A program made the translations under genes and the position numbers. From Halodesulfurarchaeum sp. (GTDB lineage Archaea > Halobacteriota > Halobacteria > Halobacteriales > Halobacteriaceae), in NCBI GenBank assembly GCA_042216015.1, contig JBDGUI010000016.1, positions 1-38,428 on the forward strand: a stretch of DNA of 38,428 nt, given 5' to 3'. Below the pieces are notes generated by a model. That model saw only the letters and a program-made list of their open reading frames with translations. It did no database searches and had not been told where the DNA came from. Shown here piece by piece: positions 1 to 9,490 of the stretch; position 1 is the first letter of the stretch; every line of letters starts with the position of its first letter.

Positions 1-152
1 CCGCCCTCGAATCCTCGAAGCCGGCCTCTGAACTCGAGGCGAGCGAGGAGTACGAGGAATTGCTCGAGGAGATCGAGGAGCTCGAGTCCGATGCCGAGGC
101 GGCCCTCCAGACCGACGAGGACTTCGAGTCGGCGTTCCGGGATCTGGAGTGA
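1..152 (+). CDS. C-terminal fragment of a HalX-domain protein (haloarchaeal response-regulator type), partial at window edge
   Basis: Frame from nt 3 reads ALESSKPASELEASEEYEELLEEIEELESDAEAALQTDEDFESAFRDLE*, resembling the HalX 'ELEASEEY..L...IE.L' pattern; TGA at 150-152. Confidence 0.6.
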   Translation, partial: ALESSKPASELEASEEYEELLEEIEELESDAEAALQTDEDFESAFRDLE

Positions 153-272
153 CGAATCGGGACCATCACTGATCCCATCAATTGGTGGGGCAGGTCGAGA
201 GGACAGCTGGACCGCAAACAGCCGGTCAAAAGCGGTAGTCGGCACCTCGGGAACGCGAAAAACGGCGACGCC

Positions 273-803
273 TCAACCCAACAGGAGCTTCAGCCGGGGA
301 TGCTGCTCGACGAAGTCCAATTTCTCGAGCCAGACGTCCAGGCCGATGATCCGTCCGGCCCCGAACGCGCCCAGGCCGAACAGGAGCAGGACGTAGACGA
401 CGTGATCGTCGATGAGCCACCCGTTCTCCAGGGGGAACGAGGCGAGCCAGTAGAAGGTGAACATGATGCCCCCGAAGAACGAACTGAGCCGAACCAGCGT
501 ACCGAACAGCAGGCCCAGTCCGATGAGCGTCAGTCCGACCTGATTCAACGGGGTTACGAGCCACGACCAGTCGTTGGCGATGACCGTCCAGATGCCGACG
601 AAGGGGTTCGAATCGGCGACCCCGTACAGGAGGAAGGACTTGGCCGTCCACGTGGGATCGGCAACCTGCTGGATGCCGGCGGAGAAGAACACCCAGCCCA
701 TCACCAGCCTGAGGGCCAGAAGCGAATACCCGATCCACGTGTCCGAGTACTCGAACGATACGTCCCGCCCGAAGATTTGGGTTTCGAGTTTCTGTTCGCT
801 CAT
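273..803 (-). CDS. DoxX/DoxD-family membrane protein
   Basis: Start MSEQKL at 803; LALRLVMGWVFFSAG, LIGLGLLFGTLVR, IDDHVVY and GAGRIIGLD motifs; ~4 TM helices; begins 1 nt after the stop of the upstream lipoprotein. Confidence 0.85.
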   Translation of the reverse strand: MSEQKLETQIFGRDVSFEYSDTWIGYSLLALRLVMGWVFFSAGIQQVADPTWTAKSFLLYGVADSNPFVGIWTVIANDWSWLVTPLNQVGLTLIGLGLLFGTLVRLSSFFGGIMFTFYWLASFPLENGWLIDDHVVYVLLLFGLGAFGAGRIIGLDVWLEKLDFVEQHPRLKLLLG

Positions 804-804
804 C

Positions 805-1401
805 TTAGCCGATGGTGAACTGGTCGACCACGACCGACGGGTCGAGGTCGATCGACGCCTTCGGTTCGACACGGACCTCGTAGTCGTAGGTCCCGGAGTC
901 GGTCGACACGTCGGTCGGTAAGCTGCCGCCCCAGCCGACGGTCGCGAACTGTTCGTGGGCCCCCGTCCAGGCGAGCTCGATCGGATCGAAGTCGGCCTCG
1001 GGGAAGACGACCTCGACCGATTCGATCACGTCCTCGCCGAGGAACGACCCCGTCGCGCTGTCGTAGACGCCGACGACGAATCCGATCTCCATGCCCGGGG
1101 TGAACCGGTTCATGGAGTTGCAGGAGGTCGTCGTGCTCGACCCCCCGCCGCCGTCTCCGGGATCCTCGGTCGTCGTCGTCTCGGTGGTCACCGTCGTGTC
1201 CGACGGCGTGCCCTCGCCATCGTCTCCGTCGCCGACATTGTCGTCCCCGGGCCCGGTGAGGTAATTACACCCGGCCAGACTGACGGTGGCCCAGGTGGCG
1301 ACGCCGGCGGCCACGCGACGACGGGTGAGACCGCTCCCGTTCGATTCCCCTTCGGCCGGACCCCCACCGGCCGCTTCGGGGTCGCTGGATGTCTCTTCCA
1401 T
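805..1401 (-). CDS. Tat-exported lipoprotein with one Cys/His beta-domain, function unknown
   Basis: TRRR twin-arginine motif, lipobox SLAGC, Thr/Gly linker, acidic composition; paralog of 4266..5345. Confidence 0.8.
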   Translation of the reverse strand: MEETSSDPEAAGGGPAEGESNGSGLTRRRVAAGVATWATVSLAGCNYLTGPGDDNVGDGDDGEGTPSDTTVTTETTTTEDPGDGGGGSSTTTSCNSMNRFTPGMEIGFVVGVYDSATGSFLGEDVIESVEVVFPEADFDPIELAWTGAHEQFATVGWGGSLPTDVSTDSGTYDYEVRVEPKASIDLDPSVVVDQFTIG

Positions 1402-1429
1402 ACTGGTACTTGAATTTGTTCGTTGTTTT

Positions 1430-1437
1430 TACTTAAG
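1430..1437 (-). promoter_or_regulatory. Putative TATA box for the lipoprotein-DoxX operon
   Basis: CTTAAGTA on the minus strand ~30 nt upstream of ATG 1401, in an AT-rich patch. Confidence 0.45.
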
Positions 1438-1567
1438 TGTACCTAAGCGCGGCGTCATTACCAGCTCGCAGTAATGGACCGGCTATTTATTAGGCGCCGA
1501 TGGGGTCTTGCACACAGCGGCGATCGGTTTCGGGGCTGGCTGTGGTCCCGGGCAGACACTCCAGGCA

Positions 1568-2725
1568 ATGGCGCTCCTCCAACACTCCGGTCGTGGTCGT
1601 TCCCCGCAGACCGTCCGCACGGTGGCACTCGTGGTGCTCATCGTCGTGGGTGGGACGCTGGGATCGGCCGTTTTCCCGCTTCTCACCGCCTGGCCTGGGG
1701 GCGGTATGGAGGTGGTCGACGTCGGTGTCGCGGACGGGACGGATTCGATCCTCGTCACCGTCTCGCGGCCCGTCGGCGGGGATCGCACGCTCCGGATCGA
1801 GGGGGGTGATGGGGCCGTCGTCGATCCGGATGCCGACATCGCGTTCGTCCCCAGTGAGCAGCTTCCGGCCGAGTTGGAGCCCCTCGTGGGCAACCACCGG
1901 GCCGGTGTCGGCAGGGTCGGGCCGTGGGCGGTGGTGGGACGGCTCTCCGTCGCAAGCGTGAACATCGGCGGCAACGACGTCTCCGTCGTCGCACCGGCGA
2001 ACGGATCGGTCGATCCCGCACGAAAGGCGTACTTTCTCCGCCAGTTCGTGGGGCCATATCGCCTCGATGCTGGGCCGTCCGAACGGATCACCATCTATGC
2101 CGGCCCGAGTGACCTGCCCGGCGTCGGCCGGATGTATCCCGACGACACCGGTTACGTCACCCAGCGGGGGTTCTGGGACGGCGAGGCCGCGAGCGTCTGG
2201 ATCCACGAGTACGTCCACGCGCGACAGAACTTCCAACTCGCCGAGGAGATGCGGTGGTTCGAGGAGGCCAGTGCAGTCTACCTGTCCATGCGGATGCTGG
2301 AAGAACAGTACGGACCGGTCACCGAGCGCGACGTCCGGCGCCGATTGGCGTCCCTTCCGGACGGTGAACCCGTGGCGCTGGCCAATCCTGCGGCCTGGCG
2401 GCGCTCACACACGGACTACCGACGCGGGGCCAGGTTGGTCGCCCGCATCGACGACCGGATCCGCTCGAAGACTGGGGGCACCCACACCGTCCTCGCGGTC
2501 ATCAGACGGCTGAATGCGGCAGACGGTCCCGTCGGTATCGAGCAGTTCGTATCGACGCTCGAGGCGATCACCGGGGCGGAGGAAGACTGGGTCCGCGATC
2601 GGATCACCGAGCCACCGGCGTCAGTCTCGGGCACCTCCTCGCCCGCGGAGCCGTCGCTAGCTCCTGGCGCCGATGCCCGATCGGGGTTGTCGGGAGGGGC
2701 GCGGGGCCGGTATCGAAACCGATAA
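1568..2725 (+). CDS. Membrane-anchored gluzincin-like zinc metallopeptidase
   Basis: N-terminal hydrophobic segment; HEYVH followed by WFEEASAVY (HExxH plus distal E); start uncertain. Confidence 0.65.
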   Translation: MALLQHSGRGRSPQTVRTVALVVLIVVGGTLGSAVFPLLTAWPGGGMEVVDVGVADGTDSILVTVSRPVGGDRTLRIEGGDGAVVDPDADIAFVPSEQLPAELEPLVGNHRAGVGRVGPWAVVGRLSVASVNIGGNDVSVVAPANGSVDPARKAYFLRQFVGPYRLDAGPSERITIYAGPSDLPGVGRMYPDDTGYVTQRGFWDGEAASVWIHEYVHARQNFQLAEEMRWFEEASAVYLSMRMLEEQYGPVTERDVRRRLASLPDGEPVALANPAAWRRSHTDYRRGARLVARIDDRIRSKTGGTHTVLAVIRRLNAADGPVGIEQFVSTLEAITGAEEDWVRDRITEPPASVSGTSSPAEPSLAPGADARSGLSGGARGRYRNR

Positions 2726-2757
2726 GCGATGTCCGCCGAAGTGTGACCTATTCGGCC

Positions 2758-4179
2758 ATGAGCGATGAGTCCGACTCCGAACTGGACGGTCCCCGCGGGG
2801 AGACCATCCGGGAAGCGAGCACGCTTCAGGTCAGCACGTCCGAGGGCTTCGTCCACGACACCGTGCTGTTGAAGGGGATCAACCTGCCGGCGAACGAGAC
2901 GCTGACCGTCACCTGGCGGGGCTTCGATGGGACCTGGCGGATGGGTGACTCCGGCCGGGTCATGGGGCCCCAATTTCGGGTGAACGAGGAGGAACGGTTC
3001 ACCGTCGAGACGGACCAGTCGCGCTCGTTCAAACGGGAGTGGACCGTCGAGGAGAACTTCGGCGGCGAGCACGCGTTCGAACTCTGGGCCGGGGACGTGA
3101 AACTCGACACCGCGAGCTTTCACGTCCACCCCCACTTCGAACTTGACCGGACGGAAGCGCCGGTGGGGGAGACGTTCCGACTCACCGGCTACGGACTCGG
3201 GTCGGATCAGCGGACATCGCTGTACCAGGTGACCTGGGACAGCGCCTACGTGGGGTACATGATCGGCGTCATGGAGCGGGGGACCGCGACCGCGGAGATC
3301 CGGGCGGCCGGCCCGCCCGGGGACCACACGATCGGCGTCTGGCGCAACTACGCGGGGATCCCGTTGCTCCAGAACTACACCCAGACGCCGGCCGGGGACA
3401 TTTCCCCCGGCCGACCGACCGATTGGACGGTGCAGGTCACCGAACCCGATGACAGCCCGCCGGTGATGGAGACCGAAGCCATGTTTCCGGAGGACCCGAA
3501 CGACGCCCACATCCCGGATGTGGAGGCGTCGACGGGGAGCTCGATCTCCGTCGAGCCCAGTTCGGGGCGCCCGGGGACGGATGCCGTCGTCTCGGGGCGG
3601 GGATTCCCTCCCTCGACGCCGGTCGAACTCACGTGGTTCTCCCGGGGCGGGGAGCAGTTCGCCGGGGCGCCGGTCGGGCCGGCCCCCCGGCCCGACGTGC
3701 TCCCGGACGTGACGACCGACGAGGAGGGCACTTTCCAGGTCGATATCACCGTCCCGTCGGACGTCGGCGCGACACGGCCGATTCACGCGCTCGTCGACGG
3801 CCAATCGGTCGCGGCGACGGGGTTCGTGTTGCAACCGGAGGCCGTCGACATCACCCCTCGATCGGGACCGGTCGGCACGGAAATCACGGTCTCGGTGACC
3901 GGCATCGGGTGGCAACAGATCGAAAGCGCCTACGCCGTGCTGTATGACAACAAACCGACCGGTTACGTCATCGGCGACCTCGCCGACGAGGGCCTCGTCG
4001 AATTCACGGTTCAGGCCTCGGGCGAACCGGGGTATCACTTCATCGACTTGGTGCCGCTGATTCACGACACCGAAACGGCGGACCTCGATCTCGACTACAA
4101 GCCCCACCTCTCGTACCTGGACAACCATCCGGGTCGACTGCTCCCGGGGATTGGCTTCACCTTCGAGGTCACGAACTGA
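2758..4179 (+). CDS. Uncharacterised beta-sandwich (Ig-like) repeat protein, copy 1
   Basis: Acidic ORF with internal duplication and C-terminal KPHLSYLDNHP; clear paralog of 15831..17279. Confidence 0.8.
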   Translation: MSDESDSELDGPRGETIREASTLQVSTSEGFVHDTVLLKGINLPANETLTVTWRGFDGTWRMGDSGRVMGPQFRVNEEERFTVETDQSRSFKREWTVEENFGGEHAFELWAGDVKLDTASFHVHPHFELDRTEAPVGETFRLTGYGLGSDQRTSLYQVTWDSAYVGYMIGVMERGTATAEIRAAGPPGDHTIGVWRNYAGIPLLQNYTQTPAGDISPGRPTDWTVQVTEPDDSPPVMETEAMFPEDPNDAHIPDVEASTGSSISVEPSSGRPGTDAVVSGRGFPPSTPVELTWFSRGGEQFAGAPVGPAPRPDVLPDVTTDEEGTFQVDITVPSDVGATRPIHALVDGQSVAATGFVLQPEAVDITPRSGPVGTEITVSVTGIGWQQIESAYAVLYDNKPTGYVIGDLADEGLVEFTVQASGEPGYHFIDLVPLIHDTETADLDLDYKPHLSYLDNHPGRLLPGIGFTFEVTN

Positions 4180-4233
4180 GTGGCGCCGATAACGATTCGG
4201 CCTGTAGCACTCTCCAGCAGCTGCTGATCGAAG

Positions 4234-4244
4234 AAAAAAAAAAA
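4234..4244 (-). terminator. Oligo-T archaeal terminator
   Basis: A11 on + (T11 on -) ~20 nt after the stop of 4266..5345, between convergent genes. Confidence 0.6.
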
Positions 4245-4265
4245 GAACGGAAGTCCGCGGCTCGC

Positions 4266-5345
4266 TTACTGTTTGATGACCGTGAACTGGTCGGCGGCAG
4301 CGCCGACGATCTTCCGGTCCGCCTCGTCCACACCGGCGATGTCGATCTCCCACGCGTAGGTCCCGGTGGGCAGGGTCTCGGGCTCGGTGAGCGTGCCCTC
4401 CCAGTGCGGGGCGGTGTGAGCATCGCCGATACCGGAGATCCACTCAAGCTCCACGGAGTCGAACTTGTCGGTATTCGGGAACTTCACGGTGATCGATTCG
4501 ACCGTCGTGCTGGAAATCTTCTGCGCGGAGGCGTCGTCTTCGGGCACCGTGGTCCCGGAGGTCGTCGTGCCCTCGGGGGCCGGCGCGCCGACGATCTTCC
4601 CGGTTTCGGTCTCGTAGACCTGGACGTAGAAGGTGACGTCCATGGACGGGAGGAACTCGCGCTCGGGCGCACACGTCCCGACGAATCCCTTCGTGCCCTC
4701 CGGCGCCGGGTGACCGTTCCAGTAGGTCTCCGTCGAGACGTAGAAGTCCGGCATCGTGTCCTCCACGATGGAGAACGTGCCGGTGCTGACGCCGACGGTC
4801 GTGAAGTTGGCGTCGTCGCCCCCGGTGATTTCGATCGTGTAGGAGTGCTCGCCCATCTTTATGTCGTCCGGGATCTCCCAGACGGCCTCCCAGATCGGGG
4901 CGGCGTGTTCACCGGACCCGCCCTGCCACGGGGCGTCCACGGTCGGACCGCCCTCGATGTTCACCGACACCGAGTCCAGGGTGTCCGCGCCCAGGACCTC
5001 GCCGCTGGCGGGGTCGTAAATTTTGATGTTCCACAACGCCTTCATTTCGGTCGTGAACGACCGGGTCGGCGCACAGTCGTCGGTGAAGCCCGAACCGAAC
5101 GAACCGGTCGCCGCCATCTCGTCGGTCACGACCAGGTTCTCCGGCTGGGCCGCCGGCGTGGTCGTCTCCGGAGCCGAAGTGGTCGTGGTCGGTTCGGTCT
5201 GCCCGCTACATCCCGCGAGGCTCGCAGTCGCCCAAACCGCCGCCCCTGCTGCCATCAGGTTCCGCCGCGAGACGGACCCACTTTGATCGTCGTCATCAGT
5301 GTGGCTGTCGATGCCTGTATCCCCAAGCCGAGTTTTCCGACTCAT
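4266..5345 (-). CDS. Tat-exported lipoprotein with two tandem Cys/His beta-domains, function unknown
   Basis: SRRNLM Tat motif, SLAGC lipobox, two repeats beginning CAPxRxF. Confidence 0.85.
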   Translation of the reverse strand: MSRKTRLGDTGIDSHTDDDDQSGSVSRRNLMAAGAAVWATASLAGCSGQTEPTTTTSAPETTTPAAQPENLVVTDEMAATGSFGSGFTDDCAPTRSFTTEMKALWNIKIYDPASGEVLGADTLDSVSVNIEGGPTVDAPWQGGSGEHAAPIWEAVWEIPDDIKMGEHSYTIEITGGDDANFTTVGVSTGTFSIVEDTMPDFYVSTETYWNGHPAPEGTKGFVGTCAPEREFLPSMDVTFYVQVYETETGKIVGAPAPEGTTTSGTTVPEDDASAQKISSTTVESITVKFPNTDKFDSVELEWISGIGDAHTAPHWEGTLTEPETLPTGTYAWEIDIAGVDEADRKIVGAAADQFTVIKQ

Positions 5346-5373
5346 CTCATCCGAAGAGAACGGGAGGACACCC

Positions 5374-5380
5374 TTAAAAA
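5374..5380 (-). promoter_or_regulatory. Putative TATA box
   Basis: TTTTTAA on the minus strand ~30 nt upstream of ATG 5345 (leaderless-type spacing). Confidence 0.5.
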
Positions 5381-5708
5381 TTCACCGCGGTTCCCGGCCG
5401 CTGAGAAATGTGGGTCTCGGCACGCTCTGCGTGACCTGAAGCCACGAATTGGCGTCAGAATATCTGTGACATACGTAAACGAAGCCCTCACGATACGACC
5501 CCTTTATCCGATCCTTCGGCACCGAGCGGAATCGACCTCGGCTGCGAGCGAAGTGTGACTGACACAATCACGCCCCGGTGGCGGAAATCGTTCAGCGACG
5601 ACCGGCAACTGGACGGATCCCCGGCTCGTGGCCCTGAACGGACACGTTTGGACCGTAAGTGGTGGGAAATTCGAACGCCTTTTCCGGGGTCCCCGCCTTT
5701 CATCGGAC

Positions 5709-6230
5709 ATGGCGAACGAGGCCAGTGAGACCCCAGTGGATGAAGACGGCGCCGGCGAATCCGGGGCCGACAACAAGCGCCATCTCGAGTTCTCGGACGC
5801 CGTCGAGATTCCGGCCCCGAAGACTGAGCTCTGGGACACCATTTCTGATCCGGCGACCCTAACCGAATGTGTCCCCGGGGCGGAGTCGATCGAGCGCGTC
5901 TCGGAGCGCAAGTACACCCTCGAGATCACCCGCGGCGTCAGTCACCTCTCCCTCTCGCTGTCTGGGGAGGCGGAATTCGTCGAGATGAACGCCCCCGATT
6001 CCATCGTCACGAAGGGCAGCGCCTTCGAGAGCAAGACCGGGAGCACCTTCGAGATCCTCGCGGCGATGGAGATCAACGAAACCGACGCGGGCTGTGAACT
6101 CGTGTACACCGCGGAGGTCGAGTACTCCGGCGGGGCGGCCTCGCTGACGAACTCCCTGCTGAAGCCCGTCGTCGAACGGGACGTCGACACGTACTTCGAC
6201 AACGTCCGAGCGGCCGTTCAGGGGGACTGA
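5709..6230 (+). CDS. CoxG/SRPBCC (START-like) ligand-binding protein
   Basis: IPAPKTELWDTISDPATLTECVPGAESI N-terminal motif typical of CoxG; C-terminal helix. Confidence 0.8.
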   Translation: MANEASETPVDEDGAGESGADNKRHLEFSDAVEIPAPKTELWDTISDPATLTECVPGAESIERVSERKYTLEITRGVSHLSLSLSGEAEFVEMNAPDSIVTKGSAFESKTGSTFEILAAMEINETDAGCELVYTAEVEYSGGAASLTNSLLKPVVERDVDTYFDNVRAAVQGD

Positions 6231-6248
6231 CTCCTCGATTTCCGTTCC

Positions 6249-7088
6249 TCACTGCCAGTTGACGAGGACCTCCTCGAGCTTGTGGACCGCCCCGAAAATC
6301 AGCAGTTCGGTCGCCGAAACCGTGAAAATTCCCGCGAACATGGCGGGGGTTTCGAGGCTGCTGTTGTACTGGAGGATGAGGGCGCCGATCCCGGACTTTC
6401 CGAGGAGGAATTCGCCGACGATCGCCCCGGTGAACGCGAGGATGATGCAGATCTTGAGCGCCGCGAACACCGAGGGCAATGAGCCATAGAGGTAGACGTG
6501 GCGGAACACCTCCCGGCGGTTGGCGGAGAAACTCTGCATCATTTCGACCAGTTCGACGTCCGTCGATTTGAACCCCGAGAGCGTGTTGACCACCATCGGG
6601 AAGAAACTGATCAGGAAGCTGATGACGACGATGGAGTTGAACCCGAACCCGAACCAGATCAGGAACACGGGCAGGAGGGTGACGACGGGGATCGACCGGA
6701 TGACGATGATGTAGGGGTAGAAGGTCTTCTCGATCGTGGCGGAGTAGGCCATCGACAGCGCGAGCAGGTAGCCGGTCACGACGGTGGCCGAAAAGCCGAT
6801 CGAGAACTCCACCAGGGTCACCCGCATCGCCGAGAAGATGTGCACGTACTCCTCGAGGAAGGCCAGGAAGATCGCGGAGGGGGTCGGCAGCAGGTAGCTC
6901 TCGATGCCGAACGCGGGAATGAGAAACTCCCAGGCCACCAGGATCGCCACGGAGGCAGCGGTCGGCAACAAGACGTCCCGCGGTTCGACGTTCTCCGGCA
7001 ACAGCGAGACGAGGGGCGCGAGCCGATCGGGCAGCGACAGCAATCCCGAATCGGTGCCGGTCCGGATCGTTCGATTGGGGCGACTCAT
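6249..7088 (-). CDS. ABC transporter permease, NitT/TauT/SsuC family
   Basis: LLPTPSAI, IPVVTLLPVFLIWFGFG, FFPMVVNT, AIVGEF motifs; ~6 TM helices. Confidence 0.92.
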   Translation of the reverse strand: MSRPNRTIRTGTDSGLLSLPDRLAPLVSLLPENVEPRDVLLPTAASVAILVAWEFLIPAFGIESYLLPTPSAIFLAFLEEYVHIFSAMRVTLVEFSIGFSATVVTGYLLALSMAYSATIEKTFYPYIIVIRSIPVVTLLPVFLIWFGFGFNSIVVISFLISFFPMVVNTLSGFKSTDVELVEMMQSFSANRREVFRHVYLYGSLPSVFAALKICIILAFTGAIVGEFLLGKSGIGALILQYNSSLETPAMFAGIFTVSATELLIFGAVHKLEEVLVNWQ

Positions 7089-7228
7089 TGGTTGCTCACC
7101 CGTACTGTCGGGATCCGCTTATCCCCATCTTTAACATATGCCTTTCTTTAAGTGGGGTCCTGAGGCTGCAGACGCTGTCCCACTGCGAGCGATACTGTGG
7201 TCGCATTCGTCAGTCGACGGTCCCTCGG

Positions 7229-7999
7229 TCAGGAGAGACCCAACTGCTCGCGGAGGTACTGCTTGGTCTGGGAGAAGGTGTCGGTCCGTTCGACGTCCAA
7301 CCGCCGGTTCCACCGGGGTCGCTCGATGTCGATCGCGACCTCGGCGTCGATTCTGGCCGGCTTTTCGGACATCACGAGGACCCGGTCGGCGAGGTAGATC
7401 GCCTCGTCGATGTCGTGGGTGACGAAGAGGACCGTCTTCTTCTGGTTGGTCCAGAGCTCGAGGAGATCGGACTGGAGGACGTCTTTGGTCTGGGCGTCCA
7501 GGGAGCCGAACGGTTCGTCCATCAGCAGGATTTGGGGATCGACCGCGAGCGCGCGAGCCAGCCCCACCCGTTGTTTCATGCCACCGGAGAGCTCGGCCGG
7601 GTAGCTCTCCGCGAAGTCCGCGAGCCCCACCTGGTCAAGCCACTCGAGGGCGATCTCGCGCCGTTTTGCTTTCGTCATATCCTCCTGGACTTTCAGCCCG
7701 ACGGCTACGTTCTCCAGCACGGTTTTCCAGGGGAGCAACTGGAAGTTCTGGAACACCATCGCGATGTTGGGGTCCGGGCCGGTGATGCGGGAGCCGTTCA
7801 CCTCGAGGAACCCGGTCGAGGGCTCCGTGATCCCGGCGATCATCTTGAGCAACGTCGTCTTCCCACAGCCAGAGGGCCCGACGATGACCACGAACTCCTC
7901 CTCCTCGATGGCGAAGGAGAGGTCCTCGAACACCGACAGCTGCTCGCCCTTCTTCTGGTGCCGCTTCGAGACGCCCTGCACCTCGATTGCTCGGTTCAT
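7229..7999 (-). CDS. ABC transporter ATP-binding protein, NitT/TauT family
   Basis: Walker A GPSGCGKT, signature LSGGMKQR, Walker B LLMDEPF, H-loop VTHD; start taken at MNRAIEV. Confidence 0.93.
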   Translation of the reverse strand: MNRAIEVQGVSKRHQKKGEQLSVFEDLSFAIEEEEFVVIVGPSGCGKTTLLKMIAGITEPSTGFLEVNGSRITGPDPNIAMVFQNFQLLPWKTVLENVAVGLKVQEDMTKAKRREIALEWLDQVGLADFAESYPAELSGGMKQRVGLARALAVDPQILLMDEPFGSLDAQTKDVLQSDLLELWTNQKKTVLFVTHDIDEAIYLADRVLVMSEKPARIDAEVAIDIERPRWNRRLDVERTDTFSQTKQYLREQLGLS

Positions 8000-8348
8000 C
8001 GGATGGGACTCGGGAGTGTCGTCGGTCCGATCGGCTCGCCTCGGTCGGGGGCGGTCCTCGCTGCCGTCATCGTCCGGACGGTGTCGAGATGGGGTTCCAG
8101 GGGCGGTCCACCGTCGAACGCAGGGAGTGACAAGAACAGAATCCGGGGCCGGCAAAGTGAGGATGGCCTGCAGCCTTCATGGCCGGTTCGAGGGGTTCAC
8201 GCTCCCTATGGTTTCGCGTGAAAATGTGAATCCTTTAAACCCGTCTCCCCGATTCGCGGCCCGCCGTTGGACCGAAGATCGGCGGGTCAGGGATCCCCGT
8301 TCCTCGACGGAACGAAGCTTTCAAGCGACCTCCGTCGGTGAGTTCGGT

Positions 8349-9359
8349 ATGACCGTCTCGCTGTCACTCGGCTGCAAAGCCTACCCGTGGATCGAGCCGC
8401 TGATCGACGGCGACGTCTCCCCGACAGCCATCGATCTCTCCGTCCTTCCGGGCCACGTGAGCCCGGTGTACTTCGACAGGTTGCTCAGAAGCGAGGAGAT
8501 CGACGTCGCGGAACTGTCCCTGGGCTCGTATCTCGCCGCGACGGAGATCGAGGAGGACTTTCAGGTGTCGGCGATTCCGGTGTTCCCACATCGGCGGTTC
8601 CGACCCGGGTTCGTCTACGTCCAGGCAGACTCGGACATCGAGACGCCGGCCGATCTGAACGGCGCGACCGTCGGCATGCCGAACTGGCAGTTCGCCGCCG
8701 GCCTCTGGGCCAAGGGGATCCTCGCCGAGCATCACGGTCTGGACCTCCGGTCCGTCGAATGGGTCACCTCTGGCCGGGAAATCGTGCCCCTCTCGCTCTC
8801 CGCGGACTTCGACGTGGCGGACGTGTCGATGAGGTACGACGCCCCGCTCGAAGCCGGTGGAACGGGCGCCCTCAAGACGCTCCAACTGCTGATCGAGGAC
8901 GGGACGATCGACGCCGTCATCACGCCCACGGAGTACCGAAGCGACGGGGTCGAACGACTCTTTTCGAACCCCTACGAACGGGAGCGGTCGTACTTCGAAG
9001 AGACCGGCGTCTTCCCGATCATGCACATGATCGCGATCCGGGACGACGTGCTGGCCGACCACCCCTGGATCGCGAACGAGCTGTACGACGCCTTCCGCGA
9101 AGCGATGGAGCAAACGGTCGCCGAGTACACGGAACAGGGCTGGTTCAAGCGATCCCCGCTGGTCTGGAGCCTGGCGGCCATCGAGTCACAGCTCGAGGCC
9201 TTCGACGGCAACCCCTGGGAGTACGGGCTGACGGAGTACAACCGACGGACCCTCGAGACCGGGATCCGGTATGCCGCCGAGCAGGACATCATCGGGGCGC
9301 CGATGCCCGTCGAGGAGCTGTTCATTTCCGGTGTCGGTCAGAACCCCTTCCTGGAGTGA
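8349..9359 (+). CDS. 4,5-dihydroxyphthalate decarboxylase-like protein (periplasmic-binding fold, no signal peptide)
   Basis: DVAELSLGSY, IPVFPHRRFR, YFEETGVFPIMH and NPWEYG motifs of the Pht5/OphC-like family. Confidence 0.75.
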   Translation: MTVSLSLGCKAYPWIEPLIDGDVSPTAIDLSVLPGHVSPVYFDRLLRSEEIDVAELSLGSYLAATEIEEDFQVSAIPVFPHRRFRPGFVYVQADSDIETPADLNGATVGMPNWQFAAGLWAKGILAEHHGLDLRSVEWVTSGREIVPLSLSADFDVADVSMRYDAPLEAGGTGALKTLQLLIEDGTIDAVITPTEYRSDGVERLFSNPYERERSYFEETGVFPIMHMIAIRDDVLADHPWIANELYDAFREAMEQTVAEYTEQGWFKRSPLVWSLAAIESQLEAFDGNPWEYGLTEYNRRTLETGIRYAAEQDIIGAPMPVEELFISGVGQNPFLE

Positions 9360-9490
9360 TCGGTCGATCCCCTCACAGTCACACAGTGACCGGCTGCCGC
9401 CATCGGTGTAGCAGCGACCCGACCGGGGGAATCCTGGCGAATTCCCGTCCGTATGCCAATTCCTATTATGCCCCGTGTCGAATCGGCGGT

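Noticed and set aside
5709..6230. CO dehydrogenase/molybdenum hydroxylase operon implied by CoxG
   Set aside because: No coxL/M/S-type genes in the window
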